Positions 28,772 to 37,471 of a stretch of 64,000 bases of DNA are shown here, one piece after another (positions within the stretch are counted from its first letter, which is position 1; each line of letters begins with the position of its first letter). The stretch is from Candidatus Rifleibacteriota bacterium (GTDB lineage Bacteria; Muiribacteriota; Ozemobacteria; Ozemobacterales; Ozemobacteraceae): assembly GCA_012517355.1 (NCBI GenBank), contig JAAYVD010000014.1, positions 17,264-81,263 on the forward strand. Reading direction: 5' to 3'. Under the pieces are notes generated by a model. The model made no database searches and was not told where the DNA came from. It saw nothing but the letters and a program-made list of their open reading frames with translations. The position numbers and the translations under genes are program-made.

Positions 28772-30280
28772 ATGCGAAACGTTCTGCGTTGTTGTTGTCT
28801 GGTCCTGCTGCTCGGCCTGTGCGCGGGAAGCGCGCTGGCCCAGGTGCCCGCCACCAAGGCCTACATCGTTCGGTTCAAGCCCGATTACCAGCTTCCCGAA
28901 CAGGGTTCCCACGCGCAGGTGGTCAACCTGCTGCAGGGCAGCCTGAAGAAGAATCTTCCCGTCCTGAAGGCCATCCACAAGACCGATGACCTGGTTCCGC
29001 TGTGGATCGTCAACGGGGCGGCCATCCGCGCCACCTCGGCCGAGGTCGCCGAGATCAAGGCCCTGCCCAACGTGCTCAGCGTGAAGCCTTCCCGCTACAA
29101 GATCTGGCTGCCCGACACCGATCCCCAGCCGGTGGACGGCCCCAAGGGCATCCAGTGGAGCATCGCCAAGGTCAAGGCCCCCGAGGTCTGGAGCACCCTG
29201 AAGATCGACGGCACGGGCGTCGTGGTCGGCCATCTCGACACGGGCATCGACGCCGGTCATCCCGCCCTCTCGGGGAAGGTCCTGTCGTTCAAGGACTTCA
29301 CGCCGGCCGGCCAGAGCGGCCCCTATGACGACCAGGGCCACGGCACGCACACCGCCGGCTCGATCGCCGGTTCCGACGGCGTCGGCGTCGCCCCCGGGGC
29401 GAAGCTGATCGTCGCCAAGGTGTTCGATCGCCAGGGTGGCGCCGAGGATGCCTGGCTGCTGCAGGCCATGCAGTGGGTCATGGATCCCGACGGCGTTCCC
29501 GAGACCAACGACGGGCCCCGCCTGGTCAGCAACTCTTGGGGCTCCGACGCCACCACCGACCGCACCTTCTGGGATGCGGTGCAGGCCTGGGTGGCGGCGG
29601 GCATCGTCCCCGTCTTCGCGGCCGGGAACAACGGCCCCTCCGGCAAGGTCGGCACCCCCGGCGGCTACCCCCACAGCTGGGCGGTGGCGGCCACCACCAA
29701 CACCGACAAGATCGCCTACTTCAGCAGCGTCGGCCCCTCCGTCTGGGACGGCATCACCCTCGTGAAACCCGACATCGCGGCCCCCGGCCAGAGCGTCGTC
29801 TCCTGCGCGGTTGGCGGCGGGCTCGTCTCCAACAGCGGCACCTCGATGGCCTGCCCGCACGTGGCCGGCCTCGCCGCCCTCATGCTGCAGGCCAACCCGG
29901 CCCTGACCATCGACCAGGTGCGGGCCATCGCCGAGAGCACGGCCATCGACCTTGGTGCTGCCGGCAAGGACACCAAGTTCGGCTCGGGCCGGTTCGACGC
30001 CCTGGCCTGCATCACCAAGGTGCTGGAAAGTGCCTCCCTGCTGGCGGCCTACGAGGCCTACGATTCCTCGCTGGCCGCCGAAAAAGCCCTGGTCGGCATC
30101 CAGGCCCGCACGCCCCTGGCTGGCCCTCTGGCCCAGTCCATCCTGCAGCGCACGGGCGCCCTCGACGACGGTGAGGTCAAATCCCTCGGCGACGCGCTCC
30201 GGCAGAAGGGCAGCCCGGCGGCGCGCGCCCTGTTCGACGAGGCCCTCCGGCTCAGGCAGGCCGAACGCCTGAACAAGTAG
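28772..30280 (+). CDS. Secreted subtilisin-like serine protease (peptidase S8) with I9-type propeptide
   Basis: Signal peptide, propeptide AYIVRFKP and triad motifs GHLDTGID, HGTHTAGS, GTSMACPHVAG. Confidence 0.9.
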   Translation: MRNVLRCCCLVLLLGLCAGSALAQVPATKAYIVRFKPDYQLPEQGSHAQVVNLLQGSLKKNLPVLKAIHKTDDLVPLWIVNGAAIRATSAEVAEIKALPNVLSVKPSRYKIWLPDTDPQPVDGPKGIQWSIAKVKAPEVWSTLKIDGTGVVVGHLDTGIDAGHPALSGKVLSFKDFTPAGQSGPYDDQGHGTHTAGSIAGSDGVGVAPGAKLIVAKVFDRQGGAEDAWLLQAMQWVMDPDGVPETNDGPRLVSNSWGSDATTDRTFWDAVQAWVAAGIVPVFAAGNNGPSGKVGTPGGYPHSWAVAATTNTDKIAYFSSVGPSVWDGITLVKPDIAAPGQSVVSCAVGGGLVSNSGTSMACPHVAGLAALMLQANPALTIDQVRAIAESTAIDLGAAGKDTKFGSGRFDALACITKVLESASLLAAYEAYDSSLAAEKALVGIQARTPLAGPLAQSILQRTGALDDGEVKSLGDALRQKGSPAARALFDEALRLRQAERLNK

Positions 30281-30358
30281 CCCCCCGCTCCGGTCCATCC
30301 TGTCGCCCCGGTCGGAAGGTCACCTCTCGGCCGGGGCGCCTCCTTTCCGGCACCGCGT

Positions 30359-31948
30359 ATGAAAGAAGAAGTCCCGCTCCTGAAACGTCAACGGACCCGC
30401 CGACGATATCATTTCCTCGGCGCGGTCGTGGTCGGGGCTCTTTCCGGCTGGGTGGCGGTGGGTTTTCAGATCGCCCTCAAGACGGCCGAACAGTGGCGGG
30501 AAACCTTGATCGCCACTCTTTCCGGACCGGGAGGATGGGGGCTGTGGGCCATTCCCGTTCTGGCGGCGGGAATCATCTCCCTCGTGGCCTGGGTCACCCG
30601 CGCGGCCTGTCCGGCCGCGGCCGGCAGCGGCATTCCCCACCTCAAGGGGGTGTTGTTGGGCGTCCGGGTCATGGACGGCCTGCGGTTGCTCGCCGTGAAG
30701 TTCGTGGGCGGGGTGCTGGCCATCGGGGCCGGGCTGTCCCTGGGCCGGGAAGGGCCAACCGTTCAGATGGGCGGGGCGATCGGGCAGCAGGTCGGCCTGC
30801 GGATGGGCCGGGAGGGCGATTCCGGGGCGATCCTCATCGCCGTGGGGGCGGGGGCCGGGTTGTCGGCGGCCTTCAACGCGCCGTTGGCGGGGTTCCTGTT
30901 CGTCATGGAGGAGCTCCATTTCGAGTTCGCCCCTCTTCCCTATATTTCCGCCCTGGCCGCCTCGATCACCGCCGACACGCTTTCCCGGGCGGTGTCGGGA
31001 CAGCTGCCGGTCTTCCTGGTGTTCCGGCACTCCACGCCGCCTCTGCCGATGCTGCCCTGGTTCGCAGGCATCGGGGTGGTGGCGGGACTGCTGGCGATCC
31101 TGTTCAAGACCTCGCTGCTGAAGGGTCTGCGGTTGTCCGAACAACGGGGCCCCACCGGGCAGGTGGCCCTGCCGATCGCGGCGGGGGTGATCGGGGCACT
31201 GGCGGCCATCTGGTTCCCGGAGATCGCGGGAAGCGGCCACCGCATGGCCGAAGACCTTCTCAACAGCAACATCCCCTCCTCGGATGGTTTCCGCCTCGTC
31301 CTGGCGATGCTGGCGGGCAAGTTCGCCCTGACCGTCCTCAGCTACCTGGCCAAGGTGCCGGGGGGCATCTTCGCCCCCATGCTGGCCATCGGGGGCGCCA
31401 TGGGGTACGGGCTCGGGCTGTTGCAGGGGTGGCTGTTTCCGGGATGGGGTCTCAGTCCCGCGGTGTCGGCGGTGGTGGGGATGGCCAGCTTCTTCTCGGG
31501 CGTGGTTCATGCACCCCTGACCGGGATTGCGCTGATTTTGGAGATGACCTCCAACTTCAATCTTCTGTTCCCGATGATGCTGGCCACCGTGGTGGCCTTC
31601 AGCATCTCGGAATCCTTTGGTGGCCAGCCGGTTTACGAGGCCCTGCTGAACGAAGACCTGGCGAAACACGGGCCACCGCCTCTGTTGTTCCAGGAACCCG
31701 TCCACCTCCACCTCCTGGTCGAGGAACGGTCGGAACTTGTGGGAAAGCCGCTCAGCCAGCTGGGCATGCCCGAGGGGGTCCTGTTCGTCAGCGTCAACCG
31801 CCGGGGGCACAAGTTCGTTCCGGGCGGGGGCACCATCCTTGTCCCCGGGGATGCCCTGGAAATCATGATTTCGGGCGAGGTCGGCCCCTGGACGACGGAG
31901 ATCCTGGACATGGCGAAAGCCACGGAAGAGGCCGGCAACTCGTCTTGA
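30359..31948 (+). CDS. ClC-family chloride channel / H+-Cl- antiporter with a C-terminal RCK_C (TrkA_C)-like domain
   Basis: Selectivity motifs GSGIPH, GREGP and GGIFAP. The C-terminal soluble domain has VPGDALEIMISGE. Confidence 0.9.
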   Translation: MKEEVPLLKRQRTRRRYHFLGAVVVGALSGWVAVGFQIALKTAEQWRETLIATLSGPGGWGLWAIPVLAAGIISLVAWVTRAACPAAAGSGIPHLKGVLLGVRVMDGLRLLAVKFVGGVLAIGAGLSLGREGPTVQMGGAIGQQVGLRMGREGDSGAILIAVGAGAGLSAAFNAPLAGFLFVMEELHFEFAPLPYISALAASITADTLSRAVSGQLPVFLVFRHSTPPLPMLPWFAGIGVVAGLLAILFKTSLLKGLRLSEQRGPTGQVALPIAAGVIGALAAIWFPEIAGSGHRMAEDLLNSNIPSSDGFRLVLAMLAGKFALTVLSYLAKVPGGIFAPMLAIGGAMGYGLGLLQGWLFPGWGLSPAVSAVVGMASFFSGVVHAPLTGIALILEMTSNFNLLFPMMLATVVAFSISESFGGQPVYEALLNEDLAKHGPPPLLFQEPVHLHLLVEERSELVGKPLSQLGMPEGVLFVSVNRRGHKFVPGGGTILVPGDALEIMISGEVGPWTTEILDMAKATEEAGNSS

Positions 31949-31985
31949 CGCCTGCCTGGAGTTGGGTGTCCCCTTCTTCCCCCTC

Positions 31986-32114
31986 CCTCCAAACCTCGAA
32001 CATTCCTGCCTCGCCAGGGTGTTCAGTCCCCTTCCGCCCATTCCCCTCCTTCTCCGTTTCCCCTGCGTTCCTGAAATTTCTGTCACCCAGGCAGAGTTTC
32101 CTGTTTCGGCCTGG
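31986..32114 (+). repeat. Polypyrimidine intergenic repeat element, copy B
   Basis: See copy A (12056-12183). Starts 38 nt after the ClC stop. Confidence 0.7.
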
Positions 32115-32390
32115 GGAAAGCTTTTGCACCTTCCCAGGCGAATAGCTCGGTTTGCGGTGGCCGATCCCCTTTGCGCGGATCGTTGACAAAAAAACAATGC
32201 TCCGCATCAAGGCTTGCCGAAGGGGCTTTGCCCTTCACCCCACCAGGGCCGATGGCCCTGGACCCTTTCTGCTGGCCAGGTGAACGCTGACGCGTTCACC
32301 TCGCGGAAGCTCCGCTTGGCGGTCCGTTAGCCCTGGACCGGACGGTAGAAAACGACATAGGTAGGCTTTCGCAAGCTTTCCCTGTCACAC

Positions 32391-32422
32391 CACCGTACAT
32401 GCGGGTCCGCATACGGCGGTTC
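32391..32422 (-). ncRNA. Group II intron domain V
   Basis: Minus strand ACCGCCGUA-UGCG-GACC-CGCA-UG-UACGGUGGU. This is a two-part helix with a 2-nt bulge on the 3' strand, 14 nt after the IEP stop. Confidence 0.6.
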
Positions 32423-32436
32423 GGCGGGTTGAGCGG

Positions 32437-33813
32437 TCATGCGGCCACCAGACGAGGGAGACCCTGCTGATCAAAGAATTTGATCGGAAAGGCTTTATGA
32501 AGCGCGGGGGAGTCGGCCAACCTCCACGGTCCGTGAGGACTTCCTGCGGTGGTTGCCGCAAGGTCCTTTCCTACGCCCCGCTTGGTCAGTTCCGCGAATC
32601 TCCTTCTCCCGTGTTTCCATGCCTTCCAAATCAGGCTCCGAAGTCGGCGTCTCATCCATTCTTCCAGTCGCTTCAAGGTTGAAGGGGTTTGGCTGAACCC
32701 GAAATATCCCCGCCAGCCCCGAACGTAGAGTTGGAGATCCTGGATGATTCGTTTCCAGCCCGTCGTGCGCGTTCGTCGTGTGAGATCACGAATCCGCCCT
32801 CGGAATCGGTTCAGGGCCTGCCGCGAGATCCGGCGTTTGGCGTCCTTCCCGGCTCCAAAGGAGAATCCAAGGAATTTCCGGTCCCAGGGGTGGGCCACCG
32901 CACTCTTCTTCTCGTTCACTCGCAGTTTCAGGGTTCCCGTGATGAAGCGCTTCACCGATGCCATGACCCGTTCCCCCGCCCGCCGACTTCTTACGTAGAT
33001 GTTGGCGTCGTCCGCGTAGCGGACGAAACGATGCCCGCGTTTTCCCAGTTCCTTATCCAATTCATCGAGGACAATGTTGGACAGGAGCGGGGAAAGCGGA
33101 CCACCCTGAGGAGTTCCTTCCGTTGTCGGGCTTACCAGACCGCCGATGAGGACGCCGGCCGTCAGGAATCCCCGAACGAGTCGCAGAAGGCGCCTATCGT
33201 TGATCCGCTTGGCGAGGGTGGCTAACAAACGATCGTGGTTGACCCGGTCAAAGAACTTTTCCAAGTCGAGGTCCACGACCACCCGAAAGCCCTCTTGTTG
33301 GTAGGATTGGGCCTTGGCAATCGCTTGATGCGCTGATCGTCCCGGTCTGAAACCGTAGCTGTGATCGGAAAAGGTCGGCTCCCAGAGCCCTTGCAGCACC
33401 TGCATGGTCGCCTGCTGGATGAAACGATCGAGGACCGATGGAACGCCCAAGATCCGTTCTCCTCCACCCTCTTTCGGAATACTCACCCGCTTTACCGGCT
33501 TGGGATCATAGGTTCCCAACAGGAGTTGCTCCCGGAGTTCCGGCCAGTGCTTTCGTAGATACTTTGGGAGTTGACCGACCGTCATTCCGTCGGGACCCGG
33601 GCTTCCTTTGTTCGAACGAACACGTTTGAGGGCCTGCTTCAGATTCTCCGCTGCACAGATTTCCTCCATCAGGTGATCCATGGTCGCCGGGGTTTCGGTC
33701 ATGCGCTTCGCCTCAGGTGATTCGGTCCCTTCGCGGTTGCCCTTCGGGGCTTCACCCCTATGCTCATCCGCAAAGGCCATTTGTAGCTGGATTTTCGGCC
33801 GCTTGTCACCCAT
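32437..33813 (-). CDS. Group II intron reverse transcriptase/maturase (no En domain)
   Basis: RT blocks GPDGMTV, IPKEGGGERILGVP, YGFRPGRSAHQA, QGGPLSPLLSNI and VRYADDANIYV. Maturase X region is YVRGWRGYFGFS. The true start may be an internal Met. Confidence 0.9.
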   Translation of the reverse strand: MGDKRPKIQLQMAFADEHRGEAPKGNREGTESPEAKRMTETPATMDHLMEEICAAENLKQALKRVRSNKGSPGPDGMTVGQLPKYLRKHWPELREQLLLGTYDPKPVKRVSIPKEGGGERILGVPSVLDRFIQQATMQVLQGLWEPTFSDHSYGFRPGRSAHQAIAKAQSYQQEGFRVVVDLDLEKFFDRVNHDRLLATLAKRINDRRLLRLVRGFLTAGVLIGGLVSPTTEGTPQGGPLSPLLSNIVLDELDKELGKRGHRFVRYADDANIYVRSRRAGERVMASVKRFITGTLKLRVNEKKSAVAHPWDRKFLGFSFGAGKDAKRRISRQALNRFRGRIRDLTRRTRTTGWKRIIQDLQLYVRGWRGYFGFSQTPSTLKRLEEWMRRRLRSLIWKAWKHGRRRFAELTKRGVGKDLAATTAGSPHGPWRLADSPALHKAFPIKFFDQQGLPRLVAA

Positions 33814-34245
33814 GAGAATCGATGCCTACTTTCCCTTCCCTTTACCCCCCTCATCGGGGGGGACCGTTTGAGCCTTCGCCCCACGATCGGAGCTACTTTG
33901 CCCGCTGCTGACTTCTACCCGGCGGTCAGGAGTCCTCACGGACCCCTCAGTCACGATTCCGTGACACCGGGCAGATCTCCCGAGATAAGCCCGACAGCCT
34001 TCCGCACACGACCACCGAATTTACCACCAGCGCCCTTGATGGATATGGACTTCGGAATCACTTGCTCCCTCGTCCGGCGCCGTAGGCCTCTGTATCCGGT
34101 TCTTGTTCATTGGCCCGTGCGTTTGCTCCACGCTTCCTTCGGACCCCACCTCGCGGTAGACGCCCTTGCGTTTCGCTAATCCTTCACCTCCATCAGGTTG
34201 GATAGGGGACTTTCACCCCAAAGCTGCCGAGCGTGCTCGGCGTAC

Positions 34246-34283
34246 AAGAAAAACCGGCCGGCCACGGTGGGGGCCGGCCGGTC
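34246..34283 (-). terminator. Rho-independent terminator of the competence-like operon
   Basis: Minus strand ACCGGCCGGCC-CCCACCGT-GGCCGGCCGGT followed by UUUUUCUU. It begins 12 nt after the Clp1-like stop codon. Confidence 0.8.
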
Positions 34284-34295
34284 TGAGGAGACGGA

Positions 34296-35558
34296 TCAGA
34301 GGCTGCCGGGTTCGAGGAAACCGGCTTCTTCCCCTTTTTCATTGAGCTTCAGCGAACCGAACTGGATGCCGGCGATCTGGTCGAGCGAGCCCTTGAAGGG
34401 GGTGCGCAGGCGGAACTGGTTGTTGAGGAAGTCGATCTCCTCGAGACGGGCGATGGCGAGGCAGTTCTGGGCGGCGTCGAGCAGGGCGACCATCAGGCCG
34501 CGTTCCTCTCCGGCAATGAAGGTGCGGATCATGCCCAGGTCGGTGGGCCATCCCTTGGTCATCTCGGGCAGCAGGGGGCCGGAGGTGACGACCAGGGTGC
34601 CTTCCCAGCCGGAGAGTTTTTCGGCGTGGAGGGTTCCTTCGAGGGTGAGGGGGGAGCCGGTCAGGAAGAAGCAGCGGTCGGTGAACACCTGCCGGAAGGG
34701 GAGGGTGACCACGCGGGCGTCGCGGAAGTAGCGGGTGGAGACCATTTCCCGCAGCCCCTTGCGCTCCATCTGCGAGGTCGGGGAGGCCTTCTTCGAAACG
34801 GGCAGGCGGGCGATGCGGGAGGGCGGCAGGTGCTTGACCAGGTGCTCGAGTTCGGTGCCGCGCTGCATCAGGACCACCAGATCAGGGTTGACCAGGTCGA
34901 GCTTGGCCTTCTTGATGGCGCGGCCGCCATCCCCCTGGACCCAGCCGGTGGTGTCGATGATCAGGGCGTCCGCCTCGGCCTTGGCCTTGCGCATCATGGC
35001 ATTGAGGCCGGTCATGGCCGGCAGGAAGTGCAGGCCGGGCGAGTGGGCGCCCAGCAGATACAGGTGGGTGGGCGTCTCCTCGGTGAGGAAAATGGCGGGT
35101 TTCTGCATGACGAGCATGCCGAACGTGCCCGGGGGGCCGATGTCGGACTGGCCCGTATCGCAATCCAGGATGGCGGTGCGGCCGAGCTTGTCGATGAGGC
35201 GGTTGGCGAGGTAGGTGCTGAAGAAGGTCTTGCCGGTGTCGACCTCCCCCATGACGATGATCTTGTAGAGCTTCCCGGCGGTCCTTTCCCGGGCGATCTT
35301 GTCGGCGAGCTGGTCCCATTCGGCGGGGACGGAACTGGCCTCCATCTTGGTCAAGGCGTCGTCCTTCGCCTCGTATTCGATGGTGGTCTCGTCGAGGGCC
35401 AGGATGGGCACCCGTTTGCCGAGGGGCACGACGACTTTCTGGCCGGGGCCGATCTTCGCGGCGATGACCTCGATCTGGCCCGTCTGGACGGTCAGTTCGG
35501 CGGGGCCGACCAACAAGTGGAAATCGTTCTTCTGGAAGGTACTGGTCTTCATGGTCAT
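34296..35558 (-). CDS. Clp1/Grc3-type polynucleotide 5'-hydroxyl kinase homologue
   Basis: ATGA overlap with the upstream gene. N-terminal beta-domain, P-loop VMGEVDTGKTFFSTYLANRL, then ILDCDTGQSDIGPPG (the Clp1 D-x-D-x-G-Q signature) and a C-terminal domain. Confidence 0.65.
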   Translation of the reverse strand: MTMKTSTFQKNDFHLLVGPAELTVQTGQIEVIAAKIGPGQKVVVPLGKRVPILALDETTIEYEAKDDALTKMEASSVPAEWDQLADKIARERTAGKLYKIIVMGEVDTGKTFFSTYLANRLIDKLGRTAILDCDTGQSDIGPPGTFGMLVMQKPAIFLTEETPTHLYLLGAHSPGLHFLPAMTGLNAMMRKAKAEADALIIDTTGWVQGDGGRAIKKAKLDLVNPDLVVLMQRGTELEHLVKHLPPSRIARLPVSKKASPTSQMERKGLREMVSTRYFRDARVVTLPFRQVFTDRCFFLTGSPLTLEGTLHAEKLSGWEGTLVVTSGPLLPEMTKGWPTDLGMIRTFIAGEERGLMVALLDAAQNCLAIARLEEIDFLNNQFRLRTPFKGSLDQIAGIQFGSLKLNEKGEEAGFLEPGSL

Positions 35559-35974
35559 TTCCTCTTTCCCTTCTCGAACACGAGGGAGGGCCACATCTCC
35601 TCGAGGACCTTCTCGTTGAGGACGTTCACCTTGTCGAGCTCCTTGAACCCGAGTTCGAGTTCGTCCTCGGCGGTGACGGATTTCACGCCCTTGAGGGTGA
35701 TGCCGTCGCCGTCCTTGGCCACCACGGTGCCGAAGTAGCAGTCATCGCGGTTGCGGACGTAGACCTTCTGGCCGATGGCGAGGTCCTGGGGTTTGCTCTC
35801 CTTGACGGCGCCGCCGATGCACATGTTGGCGATGCCGGGGTAGAGGGGGACCTCCTCGTAGAGTCGGATCAGCTGCTGCAGGACGTCGCGCAGGAGCAGG
35901 GGATCGCTTTCCCGGGCCATGAAGGCCTTGAGGAACTTGAGGAGGGCGGGAAAATCGGTTTCTTTGAAGCTCAT
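35555..35974 (-). CDS. Small hypothetical protein with a Tudor/SH3-like C-terminal half
   Basis: 139 aa, non-biased composition. IGQKVYVRNRDDCYFGTVVAKDGDGITLKG resembles a small beta-barrel. Translationally coupled to the Clp1-like gene. Confidence 0.55.
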   Translation of the reverse strand: MSFKETDFPALLKFLKAFMARESDPLLLRDVLQQLIRLYEEVPLYPGIANMCIGGAVKESKPQDLAIGQKVYVRNRDDCYFGTVVAKDGDGITLKGVKSVTAEDELELGFKELDKVNVLNEKVLEEMWPSLVFEKGKRK

Positions 35975-35987
35975 GGGCGGGTTCCTT

Positions 35988-37424
35988 TCATCTGGGGGTG
36001 GCGGGGACGTACTCCAGGCCGAGATCCCGGGCCTTGCCGGTCTGTTCGGGGGTCAGGGCGCCCGCGCGCCAGGCGAGGTCGAGGTCGCGCATCTCGTTCA
36101 GCTGGGCCATGACCTGGTGCAGCACCTGGAAGAAGGTGACCTGGGGGGTCTTGACGGTGCATTCCGCTGCCTTGGGGTGGCCGCCGCCGCTGATGACCGC
36201 TTTGTGCTCGGGGAACCTCGCCTGCAGGATGTTCTGGAGGGTGCCGCAGAACTTGCCGGAATGGACGCGGTCGCCGGTGCCGCGGACCGAGACGTGGGTG
36301 TAGTCGTCGGAGACCGAGCTGACCATGATGATCTGGGCGGTGGGGTCGCCGGCCTTCTGATTGAGCTCGAACAGCTTGATGGACCCGATCATGGGCAGGA
36401 GGGGGACCTTGACGCCGACGAACAGGTAGATGGTGGTGTTTTCGAGCCGCAGGATCTTCGCGGTGGTGTCGAGGGTCTTGCTGGCGCGTTCCCAGTCTTC
36501 GACGAAGAAGCCGAAGATCTTTTCGAGGCGGCCACGGTGCGGCTGGGGGAGCAGAGCGGTGAACTCGGCGAGCGACTTCAGGCCGGGCAGTTTCGCGGCC
36601 TGGTCGGCGATGGCTTCGAGGGCCTCGGCGATGCAGTGGGCGTGGTCGACGGTGCGCAGCTCAGGGTCGCGGTCGTGATAGAAGTAGGAGAAGCCGCCGC
36701 CGCCGGTGCCGTGGACGTATTCGGTGATGCGGCTGAGCAGGCAGGTGACCTCGCGCTGCATCGAGTCGAACTGGGTCGGGCGTTCCCGCAGGACGCCGAG
36801 CAGGTTGCGGAAGGCCATGCCGTATTCGACCAGGAAGGGTTTGACGAAATCGGCGAGCAGGCCGCTGACGGGCTCGATGGCCCAGTCGCCCTTCAGGCCG
36901 ACCAGGCAGAGGAAATCGTCGAAGGTGTCGCGGGTGCCGGCCAGGGTGGCGATGCCGTGGGCCAGGATGGAGGTCGAGCACCAGGTGTATTTCTCGAGGC
37001 TGGGGTTGTAGATGACGCAGTCGCTGGGGGCCTTGGGGGTCGGATGGTGGTCGACGATGTAGACGGGGAGCTTCTTGCCGTATTCGGCGTAGGGGGCGAG
37101 GGTTCCCTTGTCGAGGAGGAAGACGGCGCCGGTGTCGGGGTTCTCGGCGAGGGCCCTGTCGAGCTGCTGGGGTTGGAGCATGAACCCTTCGGGAAGGCGG
37201 AGGGCCACCTTCCAGCCTTTCTTCTGGAGCATCCGTTTGAAGATGAGACCGCTGGTGATGCCGTCGGGATCGTCATGGGAGAAGACCAGGGCGGTCCCCT
37301 GGGGGCGGGCGATCTTGTCGAGGAGCCGCACCAGCCCGGGTTCCTGCAGGCGGATGGCGTCCCATTGCTGTTGGTGACTTTCGGCGGCGGTCGGGGGATT
37401 CTGCAACAAGGCGGTCTCTTGCAT
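35988..37424 (-). CDS. DHH/DHHA1-family phosphoesterase (RecJ/NrnA-like)
   Basis: Motifs FSHDDPDGITSG, VDHH and SGGGHPKAA (DHHA1). Confidence 0.8.
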   Translation of the reverse strand: MQETALLQNPPTAAESHQQQWDAIRLQEPGLVRLLDKIARPQGTALVFSHDDPDGITSGLIFKRMLQKKGWKVALRLPEGFMLQPQQLDRALAENPDTGAVFLLDKGTLAPYAEYGKKLPVYIVDHHPTPKAPSDCVIYNPSLEKYTWCSTSILAHGIATLAGTRDTFDDFLCLVGLKGDWAIEPVSGLLADFVKPFLVEYGMAFRNLLGVLRERPTQFDSMQREVTCLLSRITEYVHGTGGGGFSYFYHDRDPELRTVDHAHCIAEALEAIADQAAKLPGLKSLAEFTALLPQPHRGRLEKIFGFFVEDWERASKTLDTTAKILRLENTTIYLFVGVKVPLLPMIGSIKLFELNQKAGDPTAQIIMVSSVSDDYTHVSVRGTGDRVHSGKFCGTLQNILQARFPEHKAVISGGGHPKAAECTVKTPQVTFFQVLHQVMAQLNEMRDLDLAWRAGALTPEQTGKARDLGLEYVPATPR

Positions 37425-37471
37425 TCGCTGTCCTTTCCGATGGCTTGGGGATGGTGCCCAGTATAGAGGGG

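Larger units (their letters stand above)
32345..34245 (-). mobile_element. Group II intron (class C-like: small, no endonuclease domain, inserted after a terminator). The 3' boundary is approximate.
   Basis: The 5' end GUACGCCGAGCACGCUCGGC starts at 34245, directly after the terminator U-tract. An RT/maturase ORF lies inside. A domain V hairpin is at 32391-32422. A domain VI-like hairpin (GNRA loop GCGA, bulged A at 32358) follows. Confidence 0.8.

Noticed and set aside
32437-33813. RT as a retron, DGR or defence-associated reverse transcriptase
   Set aside because: The RT has a maturase X domain and is flanked by a GUACG 5' end, a domain V hairpin and a domain VI with a bulged A. It is an ordinary group II intron IEP.
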